Below are positions 51,811 to 64,000 of a stretch of 64,000 nucleotides of DNA, piece after piece. The position numbers and the translations under genes are program-made. Each line of letters starts with the position of its first letter. Within the stretch, counting starts at the first letter, position 1. Source of the stretch: Callorhinchus milii (lineage: Eukaryota); assembly GCF_018977255.1 (NCBI RefSeq), contig NW_024704742.1, forward strand, positions 112,842,001-112,906,000, written 5' to 3'. The notes beneath the pieces were generated by a model. The model saw only the letters and a list, made by a program, of their open reading frames with translations, ran no database searches and was not told the origin of the DNA.

Positions 51811-53324
51811 GAACTCAGTTGGTTAACTTTTAGTTGGTTAAACTCCAGCCATATCCCAGCATGTCCCCTGAGTTTCCCAAGTCTTGGGTCTTGTGAATTT
51901 GCACAAAGCTTTCCAGAATTATGTAAACATAGATAAAGGGAAATTTCAATCATATGTGGGACTCTCAGTCTGGTTTGAATAATATTTAAGCATGTTAATG
52001 AGATTAATGCATGTATCAGACATCCAACTGACTAAATGAAGCAATGCCCTCAGGATATAAATTCATATGTTCCAACCAAGAATTGTTGCATTCATTCATT
52101 CATACACATCATTTCTCTTTAGTGTTAATATACCATCTGGAAGTTGATTGTATAAAAGTTTTTGTAGTTGAGCTGTACAATTGGACTTGATATGGGTATC
52201 CAAATAACTGCAGGAGTGTGGGGGAAGCAATCTCGTGTGCAAGACATCTTAATATCGACTGACTTTGTTGACCTTGTTTATTGACAATATTATAATTAGT
52301 ACATGACAAATCACAATTTCGTTCCCTGACACACCATTTAGCAGTTTGGCTCAGGTTCGACCAATTTCACCTCTGATTCAGAAAACTAAGAGTTCAAGCC
52401 ACACATTAGGGGCTTGATATCAGAGTTTAGGCTACTACCTGGATAGAGTTTTCATGGAATGCATTTCAAATCTAATATTCGAAAAATAGAAATTGAAGTT
52501 AAGCAAGAAATGCAGTTTGTGAATATCACAAATTTGACGCTATTCTTTACACCATGACCAAAATTACCAATGTTAGCCTGTGACCACATAGAAATCCAAT
52601 ACTCTTGAAATGGTAATGCTCTGATCAAAAGTAGGCATGTCGAAACAAAGTCAGAGTTCACACAGAGATCAGTTAATAAGTGACCAATTGCTATCACATA
52701 CTTAAAAGCACTGTCCATTTGGTCTGAAGGCTTCTCAATGTCACATAAATAGTATGTAAATCCATGTGCACTGAAGTAGAATATGAATTCACTATTCTTT
52801 ACCCAATGAGATCAAACATAAAGTTTTTTGAGGGATTGTTAATTTGTATCCAGCTGACAAAAATAATTCCATGTTAGAACTGATGTCTAGCGTATTCCTC
52901 TAAATAGAATATGTTGAGCAAAGATTTAACCATAAATCTCAACGAGATCTTCTGGAAATTTGCTAGCAGAAACATCATAAATCTACACCCAATGGGTAAA
53001 TTCACCACATGCACAAATAAAAGGAATCCAGCTCCCCTGAGGCTGAACATTTGTTATGATCATGCTTCTAAAATTTATGATCCTGCAGAATTTTGCAAAA
53101 TTCTTCTATTCAATTTTATTTTGGGAGTCAGTTTAAAAACCGACTTCCAACTGAAGACTGAATTCAGATATTTTTCAAAATTTTCATTAATCTTCAATTT
53201 TAGGACAATATATATGACAGTATGAGCACTGTGAGGAATATCCCATGTCTGCTGGTGAAATCATTGTCTGGCATCGTATTTACCATACAGATCAGTAGGT
53301 TACAGATTATTTTCTCAATCTACG

Positions 53325-53560
53325 CTGAGGTGAGAGGGGTGATTGGTCTCAGTCCTCCAACTGAATTAAGGAGTTGAATATCAATTGGAGTTCTCTCTCC
53401 TGAATGAAATGCAATGATCCCTGGAAACTGAGAACAGGGTTCAGGTCAGCTGTGATGTCCTCTATGTTAGAATTGCCTAACAACCCTCACTGGCTATATA
53501 CACATGATGAACAGCCATTTGAGTGGAGTACAGGAGCAGCATACCCTGTGCAAAAGGTTA
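53325..53560 (+). repeat. Old interspersed repeat, family unassigned; related fragment near 4820-4960
   Basis: Resembles a common chondrichthyan repeat (tcagctgtgatg...gaatagcc...cacatga), recognised from memory only. Confidence 0.35.
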
Positions 53561-54884
53561 ACATCAAAGCAAAAGAGAGAAAAGAGAATATAACTGCAGA
53601 TGGAAAACAGGCAAACAATTAAAAAATGGATATCGATTTAGCTAAGAATACACTACAATATAATTTACATTGAGACACTACCTTTCATTTTGGGAGGACA
53701 TGTCAAAAAAGGGTTGATAACATAAGGAAAGCAAGAATGCTTACTCGCACAGGGCTAGTTAATACATTTTTCATCCTCACTTGGCTCTTAATGTTATCTA
53801 CAGTGTTAACAAATGCAATAATAAACCAATTGAATACACTTAGATACATTGCTACCATCTATGGTGTTCCAGCTATTGAAAGCTAACATTAAATGATTTG
53901 TTCAAATTGTCTTTTCTGGCTTTGGGATATAATCCAGATGTTCATTACAACAACCTATTTTTTTTTAATTGGCAATTGTTCTTCAGTTACTGTACATCAT
54001 CATGCATTGCTTTCACAGTGTGACAGTATCTATCGAAATTGAGGAGTGAGTTGCAGACAATGCTAGCACCTGGATAAATGGTCAACCTTTGGTATATATA
54101 CATATTTATCGATGCCTGGCATTGTTTTGGTCTGACAGTCAGTCATAACTTGTCAGTTTGTATTCAGTCGGTATTTTGAAATTCATTTCTCCAGTGTGGT
54201 GGGGGTGGGGGGAAATGGGAGAGTTGTGGAGTTATAGTTCTGTCAGTGTGTTTATAGCAGTAGTTGAACATTGCTCAGATCAGTGAATACGTGGCTTTTT
54301 CTTGTACATTGAACTGAGAGTCCCTAGTGCTTTGAATGTCTGGACAACTGGTTCTGTTGAAGTGATTATATAAGAAGTGATTGTTTTGCAGGTAATGCAA
54401 GCTGACTGCTGTCTACTTTGTGTGAATAACTGTCAGTCTGTCTCAATTGGTAGCACAAGGTTGTGGCCTTATGCTCTATACAGAAACTTTATTTTATAAT
54501 CCAGCCTGATACTCCAACACAGAAATGAGGAACTGTTGGAGTGGAGGTTCTGTTCATTGGATGAGAAATTTTCACAAAGTCTGTCTACCTCCCTGTGACT
54601 AGTCTATCCCTCCAAGTCCTGCTCATGATCCATGCTGGATGGTCTGTCATCAACAGAGACTTGGAGTACTGTGGACCTCCCTGGTTCAGGAACTAGAGAT
54701 TAACACAGAAAATAACCATGACTCTTTAACTATAAGTGTTAGTGTGCAACCCAACGTTAATTTTTGTGTAGACTTGCAATATTAGATATTAAAGCAATTA
54801 TGTCAGTCAGGTTTGTGAATGATGAATGATGAATCATTGCTTCAGCTCAGTGGGGGTTGCTGGAATAAATTATAAAATTCAAGA

Positions 54885-55105
54885 CCACAGGAGAACAGGA
54901 GAAGCCCATTCAGCCCATCAACCCTATTCCATCAGTTTATTTGGCAGATCTATTAATCTATTAATCCCAATGCCCTGCCCTTTCGTCATACCTCTTTATA
55001 TCTCTATCTCTTTTAAATATCCCTATTGATTTCACCTATACAGCTTTCTGGAGCATAACATTCCAAATCTTCATAACCCTCTGTGAAGAAATGCTTCCTG
55101 ACCAT
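54885..55105 (-). mobile_element. Old CR1 3' end
   Basis: gaacaggagaagcccattcagccc...ttccaaatcttcataaccctctgtgaagaaatgc. Confidence 0.65.
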
Positions 55106-55657
55106 TATTCGATTGAATCTGACATGAACCACATTTAACTATGTATATAGTGAATACAATACAAAATTACATTAGTACAGCCCCTTTCATGTCAGGAGGA
55201 TGCCCAGGCCACTGATTGGCATCATCTTTGAAATGTCCTCTGTTTACGCATTGCCTTACATAGTTTGTATCGTTCAAAACCCCAGAAAGACAAAAGAGTG
55301 ATAGTTGTACATTGTTCTTAAGAATCAAGGATGGATGAGATATGTCAGACCAGAATGGAAACTATCAACAAGCCTATTATGCACAACAAAGTGTGTGAAA
55401 TGCCACTGTAAGCTTGTGGTTAAAATGCATTATTGGATATTAAGCACATAAATCATAATGAGTGTGGATATCAGACACATGAAGCAGAAAAGCTGCTGGG
55501 CAACATTCATGTTTAAAAGCAGCATTATTCTTTAAAGTGATGATAAAATATTGCATATCTTTCAGAAGTCTTTGTAACAAAGCACAAGAACCAAATGAAA
55601 GATTTATCACCCTTTTGACCTCAGTCAAGATCTTTTCAGGATAAGAGTGAATAAGGT

Positions 55658-55973
55658 GGAGTCCTGCAGCTCAGTGGTTAGAGCACTTGCTTTGCAAGCG
55701 AGAGACCTGAGTTCAATTCCAGGCAGGGCGAAACCTTGGGCAAGTTTCCTTACTCCACACGCCTAATAATAATCCTTCCAAAACCAAAAACAATAATAAA
55801 TTGGTCATTTTCAATCTACAACTGTTTGTGGGACATTGCTGTGCGCAATTGGCTGCCGCGTTCGCCCACAAATATACAGTCAATTCACTTTACAGTGTGT
55901 TCTATGAAGCGCTTTGGGACGTCCTCCTGACGTGAAAAGCTCTATATCAAATGCAAGGATTATTATTATTATT
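55658..55973 (+). mobile_element. Full-length young tRNA/Deu-like SINE
   Basis: Near-identical to the other young copies. Confidence 0.93.
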
Positions 55974-56219
55974 GATCAAAAGGTTGTCAGTTCAAGCCCC
56001 ATGTCAGGACTTGATCACGTAAGACTAGTGACACTCCAATGCAATATTGAGGAATGCCGCATGATTGGAGACACATCCTTCAGATGAGACATTCTGCCAA
56101 CACAGACATGATGGACCAAATATGTATGTTCTTCTGTTCTAAATGTCTATGGTTCTATTGGATGGATTGCTTTTGACTTGAACCTACTTCATGTTCTCTT
56201 GCAAAGGAGGAATCCATAT

Positions 56220-56350
56220 TTGCTTTCAAAAGGGAGCTGGATAAATACCTTAAAAGGAGTCAACCACAGGGTTAATGGGGGAAGGGCAGGGAAATGGGAC
56301 TGAAAGTGTTGCTCTTAAAGGAGCTGGCACAGACGCGATGGGCTGAAACA
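56220..56350 (+). mobile_element. CR1 3' fragment
   Basis: ttcaaaagggagctggataaatac...gagctggcacagacgcgatgggctgaa. Confidence 0.7.
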
Positions 56351-57474
56351 TATCCTCTCTCGATCTTCTTTTTGTCAATAAACTAAGTGAAATTCTGTGA
56401 CCCCTCCAACCGAAGGTGCTAGAGCTAAAGGGGACTCACCCTCTCCCCTCCTGCCTATCTACCCTTTACCTCTTTAAGGGGAGCTAGGAGGGGAAAGCCC
56501 TGAGGAGGATCACAACCAGTCCTCCGAGCAGCCCCAATCCAGTGGCACCCATGGGCGCTATATCAAATGCAAGGATTATTATTATTATTATTATTATTAA
56601 GAGGATGGTTAAAAAGAATCAATGATGTTTATGCTATAGCTCAGCAAAGTAAAAAGAATCAGAGCTTGTATATAAAAAAGGGAATCTTGTCACACCAAAG
56701 CCAGCATTTGCTTTTTCTGCCAAATATTGTCATTCCAAAAAATTAAATACTATTTTTATCAAACCTGTACTAGTAACAAAGGATGAGAAATGTCTAGAGG
56801 GACTTCATTCCCTCTATGATATTCCTCTCGATATAGAGGTAAAAAGTATATTTAGAAGAGCAGTTTCCCTATAGAGAGGAATTTTCAGTATCCTCCAGTA
56901 CCTGAGATTGGCTTCCTCTGTACCAAGGTCATTCCACCAGTGCCATTGATGAATGTCACTTGTAGAAAATTTAACTTGTTTATCCATTATTTATCTCCTT
57001 TATAATGTTCTGATAATCATTGCTGACTGTATATATCTAGTTCAGAATTGCAGAAAAAAATTGTGTAATCTCCTGATGGCTGTCATACATTGCTTTAATC
57101 CTTGAGTGTCCAAATCACATTGAGCAAGATAAAAACATTTCACATCACCTTAACTTCAGAGCCTTAACACAACATAAATATGGAAGTCATTGCGTTAATT
57201 GAGACTTCTGCTCTGCAAATGTTGGATTCCTTGATTTGTTTCAGATTCACAAAAAAGTAAATTGTTAGACACAAGCCAGTAAAGTCCGGAATACTGTTTT
57301 GAAAAAATATCTTTTTGGTGGGATTCATTGACAATTCATTCTTTTGTCAATTTTATGTGAATTTCGCAATTTAACATGTGCAAACTGGATGTGCCAATTA
57401 ATGCAATAAATGCAATATGGGAATGTTGCATTTTAGATCCAAGAACATGGCTTTCAAATAAATCAAGAAATGGC

Positions 57475-57637
57475 CACTGGGATTCCCAGGAAAGGGTAGT
57501 TGAAGCCAGGACCCTGGATTCAATTAACATGCAGCTTGATACTGTGATGGACGGACAGTGGGGTAGGTATTCTGGAAGGATGAAATCAGATGGGCTGAGG
57601 GGCTTTCTTCATCCTAACCAATCTTGTGATCCTGTGT
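57475..57637 (+). mobile_element. Old CR1 3' fragment
   Basis: RVVEARTLDSINMQLD; gatgggctga 3' UTR. Confidence 0.55.
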
Positions 57638-59204
57638 GATACCCAACAAAATGTTTGTAAAATGTGATAATAAGGTAACATGCAAATTTAACAACCTAGT
57701 AGGATACTATTGAGGAGGAAGAACTGTAGGATCACCAAGTGGACATAAGATTCTAGTAGGAACGAAAGGAAACAGGGAAACAGTGTGTTATCCACCATAA
57801 CAAAGAAACAAAACCTGATCAACCTCAAAACTAATTAGCAAATAGTAATGCATAAGCACTGAAGGCCCTTATTGCTTCCTAGTGAATTGGTTAAGACAAT
57901 TACTGAAAACATGTTTGGAATTGATGACTTAACTTAGTATTCGTATTGGGCATGAATATGGAAAATACTATACTTAATGTGTGGTATTTGCAAAAATGAA
58001 AAAAAAACCTAGCAGCGGAAGGGTTGTGCAACAATGTTTCCTTTATTTTTATTGCTGCAGCAAAAATGTAGAGCAATCTAGTGTGATAAAATCCTACTTA
58101 AAACTAAGTTCCCTCTGGCGAGTAAGAATTGAACGTATTATACCTCTACGGTAGATCACTGGTCTCAGGCACACAATTTTCAGATGACTCGCCTGACAGG
58201 CACAAACATCTCATTACATTAGTTCAATTGGACAGTTTAGCATTTGTCATGTTTGATTAGAAATCAGGTGATCCTTAAACACTGCAATCAGAAAACATTA
58301 AATGAAAATTCGGGCAATAAGACTGCCAGTCACCTTGTAACAAGATCACCGCAGCAAATTGCAAAGCAAATTAAAGAAAATCAATAGTTTGACATGTGAA
58401 GAGGAACAGTTTTCTCCCCCTAACTAGTGGATCTTTTTCCAGAAGTCATGCTGACTTCTGCTCTATTAAAAGCAATGTGTGCTGTTTATTTTCTCCCAAT
58501 GAACAATCTACTGTGGACCTGACTGATGACAACTTAACTTTTTTCATTCCAGAACCTGTTAATACTAACTTTTAACCCTCCATGCCTTCTACACTTTTGT
58601 TATTTCTCACTGTTTATCCTGATGGATCCTCTGCAATAAAAAAAGTCAATTTTGAGACATTTTGCTCTGAAAATGTAAGTTCCTTCCTTCTTCTACTGTA
58701 CCAACAGTTCAAGACTGAACACTTGCACACTGCAGTGTCTCCCTGGCATACATTGCAGAAGCCATCAATACTGACTTCTGATGGTATGCCTTTTGCTTCA
58801 GAGCTATTTTATAGCTGGAATAAAACCTGAAGATTCAGAGTAAAGTTGGCATGGAAGAGTGTGTGAAGTGGTGGGGGTGGAAGGAAAATGAATCTCAAAA
58901 TCGTGTAAGACAAAGAGGAAGTTGCTGTTAGGATCTTGCAAATTAGCACAACAAATAATGAATGCAGTTTGAGAATCTTGTAAATTAGACCCCAATGATT
59001 GATTCTATTAGCCGTGCTAACACCCTTTAATGCTGACTGATTTCCCTGAAGGGCTTAGTAAGCGTTGGCTATTTTTTCCCCAGGAAAACTTCAAGATTGA
59101 TTATGTCTCAAAAATCCAAATTCCATCTTGTCTTCAACTGTAAGAAAACTTTGTTTTAAAATGAAGAGATCACTATTCCTGAAAAGTTGTCTGGAGGGGA
59201 ACTA

Positions 59205-59535
59205 AACTGGATATCCTCAAGGTTGAGCTGGCTCCAAGGTGAGCTGTTTAGTAACACAAAGCAGATTCAAGTCAACCCTTTGTGGTAGTCATGATAGCCT
59301 TGACCCAGGCAGGTCCATAGAAATCCAACTGCTGATAATGCAACACCAGCCTGGCTGATCAGTAGAAAATTGGGAGGCAAAGCAGTCACTGGTAGGAGCC
59401 AAGTTTATAGGCTCCCACTCCGCTCCGGTCAGTCAAAGCTTCAATGGGCAGGGTGGTCCCACCTGGACAAGCATCAGGACAGATAGTGCTCTCAACGGAA
59501 AGCAATCTGGTTTTAGCTAGGTAGTGCACATCTGA
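59205..59535 (+). mobile_element. Decayed 5' part of the ~600-nt repeat
   Basis: ggctccaaggtga...ctggacaagca...ggttttagctag. Confidence 0.6.
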
Positions 59536-59559
59536 CTGCTACCTCCAACCCAAGCGACT

Positions 59560-60665
59560 ATCCCCCAACAAACCCCCTCTCCTGTTCCCTATCCTTCACT
59601 ACTGTTTGCTCCTCCTGTCCTACTTTGCTCCCCACCTCCTTTCCAGTTGGACTCACCCACAGCTTCCCTCTATTCCAGCCTTAGATTTCTCCACTGGTCT
59701 CAATGTTGGCTGTCCAACAGCAGCCACCCTGACTGCCCCATCCTCCATTTTCACCACAAGCCCCATCAGTCCCAGCGCATGGTGTCAATTTCCACATATA
59801 TGCAGATGACACCCAACTCTATCTCGCCGCCTCCACCTTCAACTCCAGGACCATTGAAGGCCTGGCTTATTGTCTGTCTGACATCAAGTCCTGGATGAAA
59901 GCCAACTTTCTCCAGCTCTGGTGATACAGAGGCCTTATTGCTTGGCTCCCGTCAGCGCCTCCTCACCTCAGTCACCGACATTATCACCATTCATGGCTGC
60001 ACTCTTCACCTCACCTAGCCAATCCGAAACCTCGGGGTCATTTTTGACTCTCAGCTATCCTTCAAACACCACATTTGTGCCATGACCCGTTCCGCCTTCT
60101 CACACCTCTGCAACATTGTCCACTTCCGCCATTGCCTCTCACCGCAGGTCGCCGAGATCTGATCCACACTTTCATTACATCCCGGTTGACTATGCCAACT
60201 GCCTGCTTACTGGATTTCTCATCTTCCTCCACAAGCTGCAGATTGTTCAGAACTTTGCAACTCGTGTCCCCTCCCAGCAACCTATGACTCCAGTTCTTGC
60301 CCGTTCTCACTGGCTCCCCATTCCTCAGAGAATCAAATTCAAAACCCTCGTTCTTACCTTCAAGGCCCTCCACAGTCTTAATCCCCCTACCTTTCCAAAC
60401 TCATAATCCCATATCAGCCTGTCCACTCCCTCCACTTGGTGGACACTGACCTGCTTCAGGTCCCCCAGAGTTCTGGAACTCTATCCCACAATCCCTCCGC
60501 CTAACCCCTCTCTTGCCTCCTTCAAGTTGTTTCTGAGGATTTTCCTCTTCGACTGTGCCTTTGGCCATCATCCCACCCGCACCCCACATCCCTTCTGACC
60601 CCAACTCCCAGCTCAGGTCCAAAACCCATGATTGTCCAGTGCCCTGGACGTCTTTCCAACGTGAA
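59560..60665 (+). mobile_element. Decayed L2 from RT to 3' end
   Basis: tatgcagatgacacccaactc (YADDTQL), HWLPIPQRIKFK. Confidence 0.87.
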
Positions 60666-60689
60666 GTCTTACAGTAACAGTATCAAAGG

Positions 60690-61168
60690 ATATCAAAGCC
60701 TTGGAGAGTGTGCAGAGGAGATTTAGTTGTGTGGAGAGACTAGAGAAGCTGGGATGTTCTCCTTAGAGCAGAGGAGATTAAGCGGAGATTTAATGGAGGT
60801 GTTCAAAATTATGAGGAGTTTTCATCGAGTAGATAGGGAGAAACTGTTTCCACTTGCAGGTGGGTCAGTAACCAGGACACATAGATTTAAGATAATTGGC
60901 AAAAGAACCAGAGGGGAGATGAGAATTTTTTTTACACAGTTTTACACAGAGAGTTGTTATGGTCTGGAATGCACTGCTGAAAGGATGGTTGAAACAGATT
61001 CAATAACAACTTTCAAAAAGGAATTAGATAGGCACTTGAAAAGAAAAAAAATTGCAAGGATATGGGGAAAGCAGGGTTGGAGTGGGACTGATTGGGTAGC
61101 TCTTCTGAAGAGCCAGCGTAGGCACGATCGGACGGTTAGCTTCCTTCTGTGCTGTAATATTCTATGAT
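60690..61168 (+). mobile_element. CR1 3' end
   Basis: MFSLEQRRLSGDLMEVFKIM...FKKELDRHL; attctatga tail. Confidence 0.9.
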
Positions 61169-61189
61169 CACAACACATACGCTGGATCC

Positions 61190-61400
61190 CTAATCCTTGG
61201 CTCATGCCAACCTGTGCCTAATGCTCTCCAGGATTAGTTGAGCAGGGTGTGTCCATCTGGGGAAAGTGTATATTCCACTCTGGATACAGACAATTTTTTA
61301 TATGTAGGTGGCATGCAGATGTAAAACTCTCAGCCTAGTTTGGATAATCTTAAACTTGGCGATCAGTTCCTGCATGTCTCAGAGAATCTGAACCAAAAAA
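61190..61400 (+). mobile_element. Decayed 3' part of the ~600-nt repeat
   Basis: ccttggctcatgccaacctgtgcctaat...ctgcatgtc followed by an A-run. Confidence 0.6.
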
Positions 61401-61636
61401 ACCTCCAAAACATTATTTTTGCCCACACTGCTGTGGCAATTGGCTGCCCCATTTCGCCCACAAATATACGGTCAATTCACCTTACAGTCTATTCTGTGAA
61501 GCGCTTTGAGATGTGGACTATTTAATACTATTATTAATTTCAGTTCTAATCATATTATTTTTAGGAACTGCAAGAAACTGATTTGAATTTAAGTATTTTC
61601 TATAATTTTATGGCACTTCAATTAAAAGGTCTCACA

Positions 61637-62100
61637 ATAACAACTTGGATCGATATAGTGCCCTCCACGTCAGACGGCTTCTCAGAGCGCTTCACACTAA
61701 CAGATCCTGGGGCCGTGCCAGGGGGAAGGGGAAGAAGGTGACCAAAGGCGCGGTTGAAAAGAAAGGTCTTTAGCCGTGACCTGAAAATAGGAAGAGAGGG
61801 GTTGAGGCAAAGGGAGTGAGGAAGGGATTTCCAGAGCCTCGGGGCGTAGTGGCTGAAGGCACGGCCGCCGATGGTGGAGCGATGGACTTGGGGGACAAGG
61901 AGGAGGCCAGACCCAGTGGAGCAAAGGCAATGGGCACTGTTGAGAGGAGAGAGGAGGTCAGAGAGGTAGGGGGCTGCAGAGGAGTGGAGGGATTTGAAGA
62001 CAAGACTGAGGATCTTGAAGTCAATCGTCTCTGGGACAGGCAGCCAGTGCAGTCTGGCAAAGACTGGGGTAATCGGGGAGCGGAGTTTGGTGCGGGTAAG
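61637..62100 (-). mobile_element. L2 3' fragment with 17-bp TSD
   Basis: aattaaaaggtctcaca at 61620-61636 and 62101-62117; same subfamily as 5456-7070. Confidence 0.92.
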
Positions 62101-62459
62101 AATTAAAAGGTCTCACAGACTCACTAGGCATATTGTTCTCAACCAACATTCCACAATTATCAGCTCTTTGGTGAATGGCGGCATGATAAACCTAATCCCC
62201 AACAAGACATCTTTTGAATGAAGTTGCAACAGCAGAGAACATTAATGTAAAATTGAAAATACAAAATAACTTGTCTGAGATCAGCACTCGCAAATGCTGA
62301 ATGAAGCTTTATTTTTTACCTCGCAATGTTTCTGTCAGTTTGTCTATCAGGAGGGATGAGTGCACCCAGCGATAAAAATCAAAATGTCTTTATTGCTGCT
62401 TTTCACCACTTCAATAAAAGGGAATGAAGAAAAACACTTCCATTCTACAGCACGGTGAA

Positions 62460-63940
62460 TACAACAACAACAACAATATTACATTTATAGAGCACCTTTC
62501 ACGTTGAGAGGATGTCCCAAGATGCTGGACAGTTGGGTCGGGACCCCAGAAAGGGGGAAATGGTCAGGGTGAGGGGAGGGAAGTCCTGTAGAGTCCTGGA
62601 GTCCTGTAGCTCAGTGGTTAGAGCACTCGCTTTGCAAGCGAGAGACCTGAGTTCAATTCCAGGCAGGGCGAAACCTTGGGCAAGTTTCCTTACTCCACAC
62701 GCCTAATAATAATCCCTCCAAAACCAAAAACAATAATAAATTGGTCATTTTCAATCTACGACTGTTTGTGGGACATTGCTGTGCGCAATTGGCTGCCGCG
62801 TTCGCCCACAAATATACAGTCAATTCACTTTACAGTATATTCTGTGAAGCGCTTTGGGACGTCCTCCCGACGTGAAAAGCGCTATATCAAATGCAAGGAT
62901 TATTATTATTATTATTATTAGGGAAGGGAGGGAGCGAGGAGGGGGTAGAGTCGAGAGGGGAGCTGAAGGCACGGTTGAAGAGAAAGGTCTTGAGACCGGC
63001 CTTGAAGGAGGAAAGGGAGGAGGCGGTGAAGGCATTGAGGGATGGAGTTCCAGAGCCCAGGGACTGAGAGGCTGAAAGCCCGGCCACCGATGGTAGGGCG
63101 GTTGGGGCGGGGGATGTGGAGCAGACCGGAGCCAGAGGAACGGAGGGTACGGGCAGGTAAGTAGGGGGATAGTAGGTCGGAGAGGTAGGAGGGAGCAAGG
63201 CCGTGAATGGCCTTGTAGGTGAGGATGAGGATCTTGAATTCGATCCTCTGGGGGATGGGAATCCAGTGGAGGCGAGCGAGGGTGGGAGTGATGTGGTCGC
63301 GAAGCCTGGTGCGGGACAGTACACGAGCTGCAGAGTTCTGAATGACCTGCAGCTTGTGGAGGGAGGTGCCGGGAAGGCCGACGAGGAGAGAGTTCCCATA
63401 GTCCAGCCTTGAGGTGATAAAGGCGTGGACCAGGGTTTCAGCAGCGTGAGGGGTGAGGTAGTGCCGTAGTCTGGCGATGTTCCGGAGGTGGTGGAAGGCG
63501 GTGCCAGTTGTGGCGCAGATGTGGGGAAGAAAGGACAGCTCAGGGTCGAACAGAACCCCGAGGTTCCTGACTGGCTTTGAGAGGTGGAGAGTGCAGCCTT
63601 GGATGCTGATGCTGTCAGCGCCTGAGGTGCGGAGGCGCTGACGTGAGCCAATCAGGAGGGCCTCAGTTTTGCACACGTTGAGCTGAAGAAAGTTGTCTCT
63701 CGTCCACGACTCGATGTCGGACAGGCAGGCTGTCAGGACATCGGTGGTCGTGGAGTTGAGGGTAGAGGAGGAAAGGTAGAGTTGGGTGTCATCCGCATAC
63801 ATGTGGAAGTTAACCCCATGTCTGCGGATGATGTCACCAAGGGGGAGCATATAGAGGGTGAAGAGGAGGGGACCGAGGACAGAGCCTTGAGGGGCACCGC
63901 ACGAGACAGTGCGGGGGCTGGAGGAAAAGCCGTTAGCGAA
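62460..63940 (-). mobile_element. Young L2 LINE (5'-truncated RT plus 3' end) interrupted by a SINE
   Basis: 310-aa ORF 62918-63850 with [34 protein letters not shown]. Confidence 0.95.
62598..62920 (+). mobile_element. Full-length young tRNA/Deu-like SINE in the L2 3' UTR
   Basis: TSD-like agggaag; stuttered 5' end. Confidence 0.93.
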
Positions 63941-64000
63941 GAATATATCTTAGGCAATGTTTTTTCTAGTTTGGGAAAAAAATCACACTCTTATTTTCTG

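Noticed and set aside
62918..63850. 310-aa ORF as a host gene
   Set aside because: It is 5'-truncated L2 reverse transcriptase (YADD motif) with a SINE in its 3' UTR
1..64000. CRISPR arrays or prokaryotic operons
   Set aside because: Eukaryotic retroposon-rich DNA with no regularly spaced direct repeats

Overview
Repeat-rich vertebrate non-coding DNA (gene desert or very long intron). The repeat set suggests a cartilaginous fish, plausibly a holocephalan; this is inferred, not proven. No intact host gene or functional RNA gene can be supported, and nearly all ORF-track hits are retroelement fragments. The window is dominated by 5'-truncated L2-clade LINEs with (TTG)n tails, CR1 fragments, a young tRNA-head/Deu-like/L2-tail SINE with older relatives, Penelope-type terminal fragments with decayed hammerhead motifs, and an unclassified ~600-nt poly(A)-tailed repeat. 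The standout is a hAT DNA transposon at 44262-47288 that retains both ends (perfect 20-bp TIRs, degenerate 8-bp TSD). On the minus strand it carries a pseudogenised, two-intron transposase whose N-terminal half closely resembles CGGBP1 and which still shows all three DDE catalytic motifs. It only becomes readable after removing three nested retroelement insertions and splicing. All alignments were done by eye and boundaries of old repeats are approximate.
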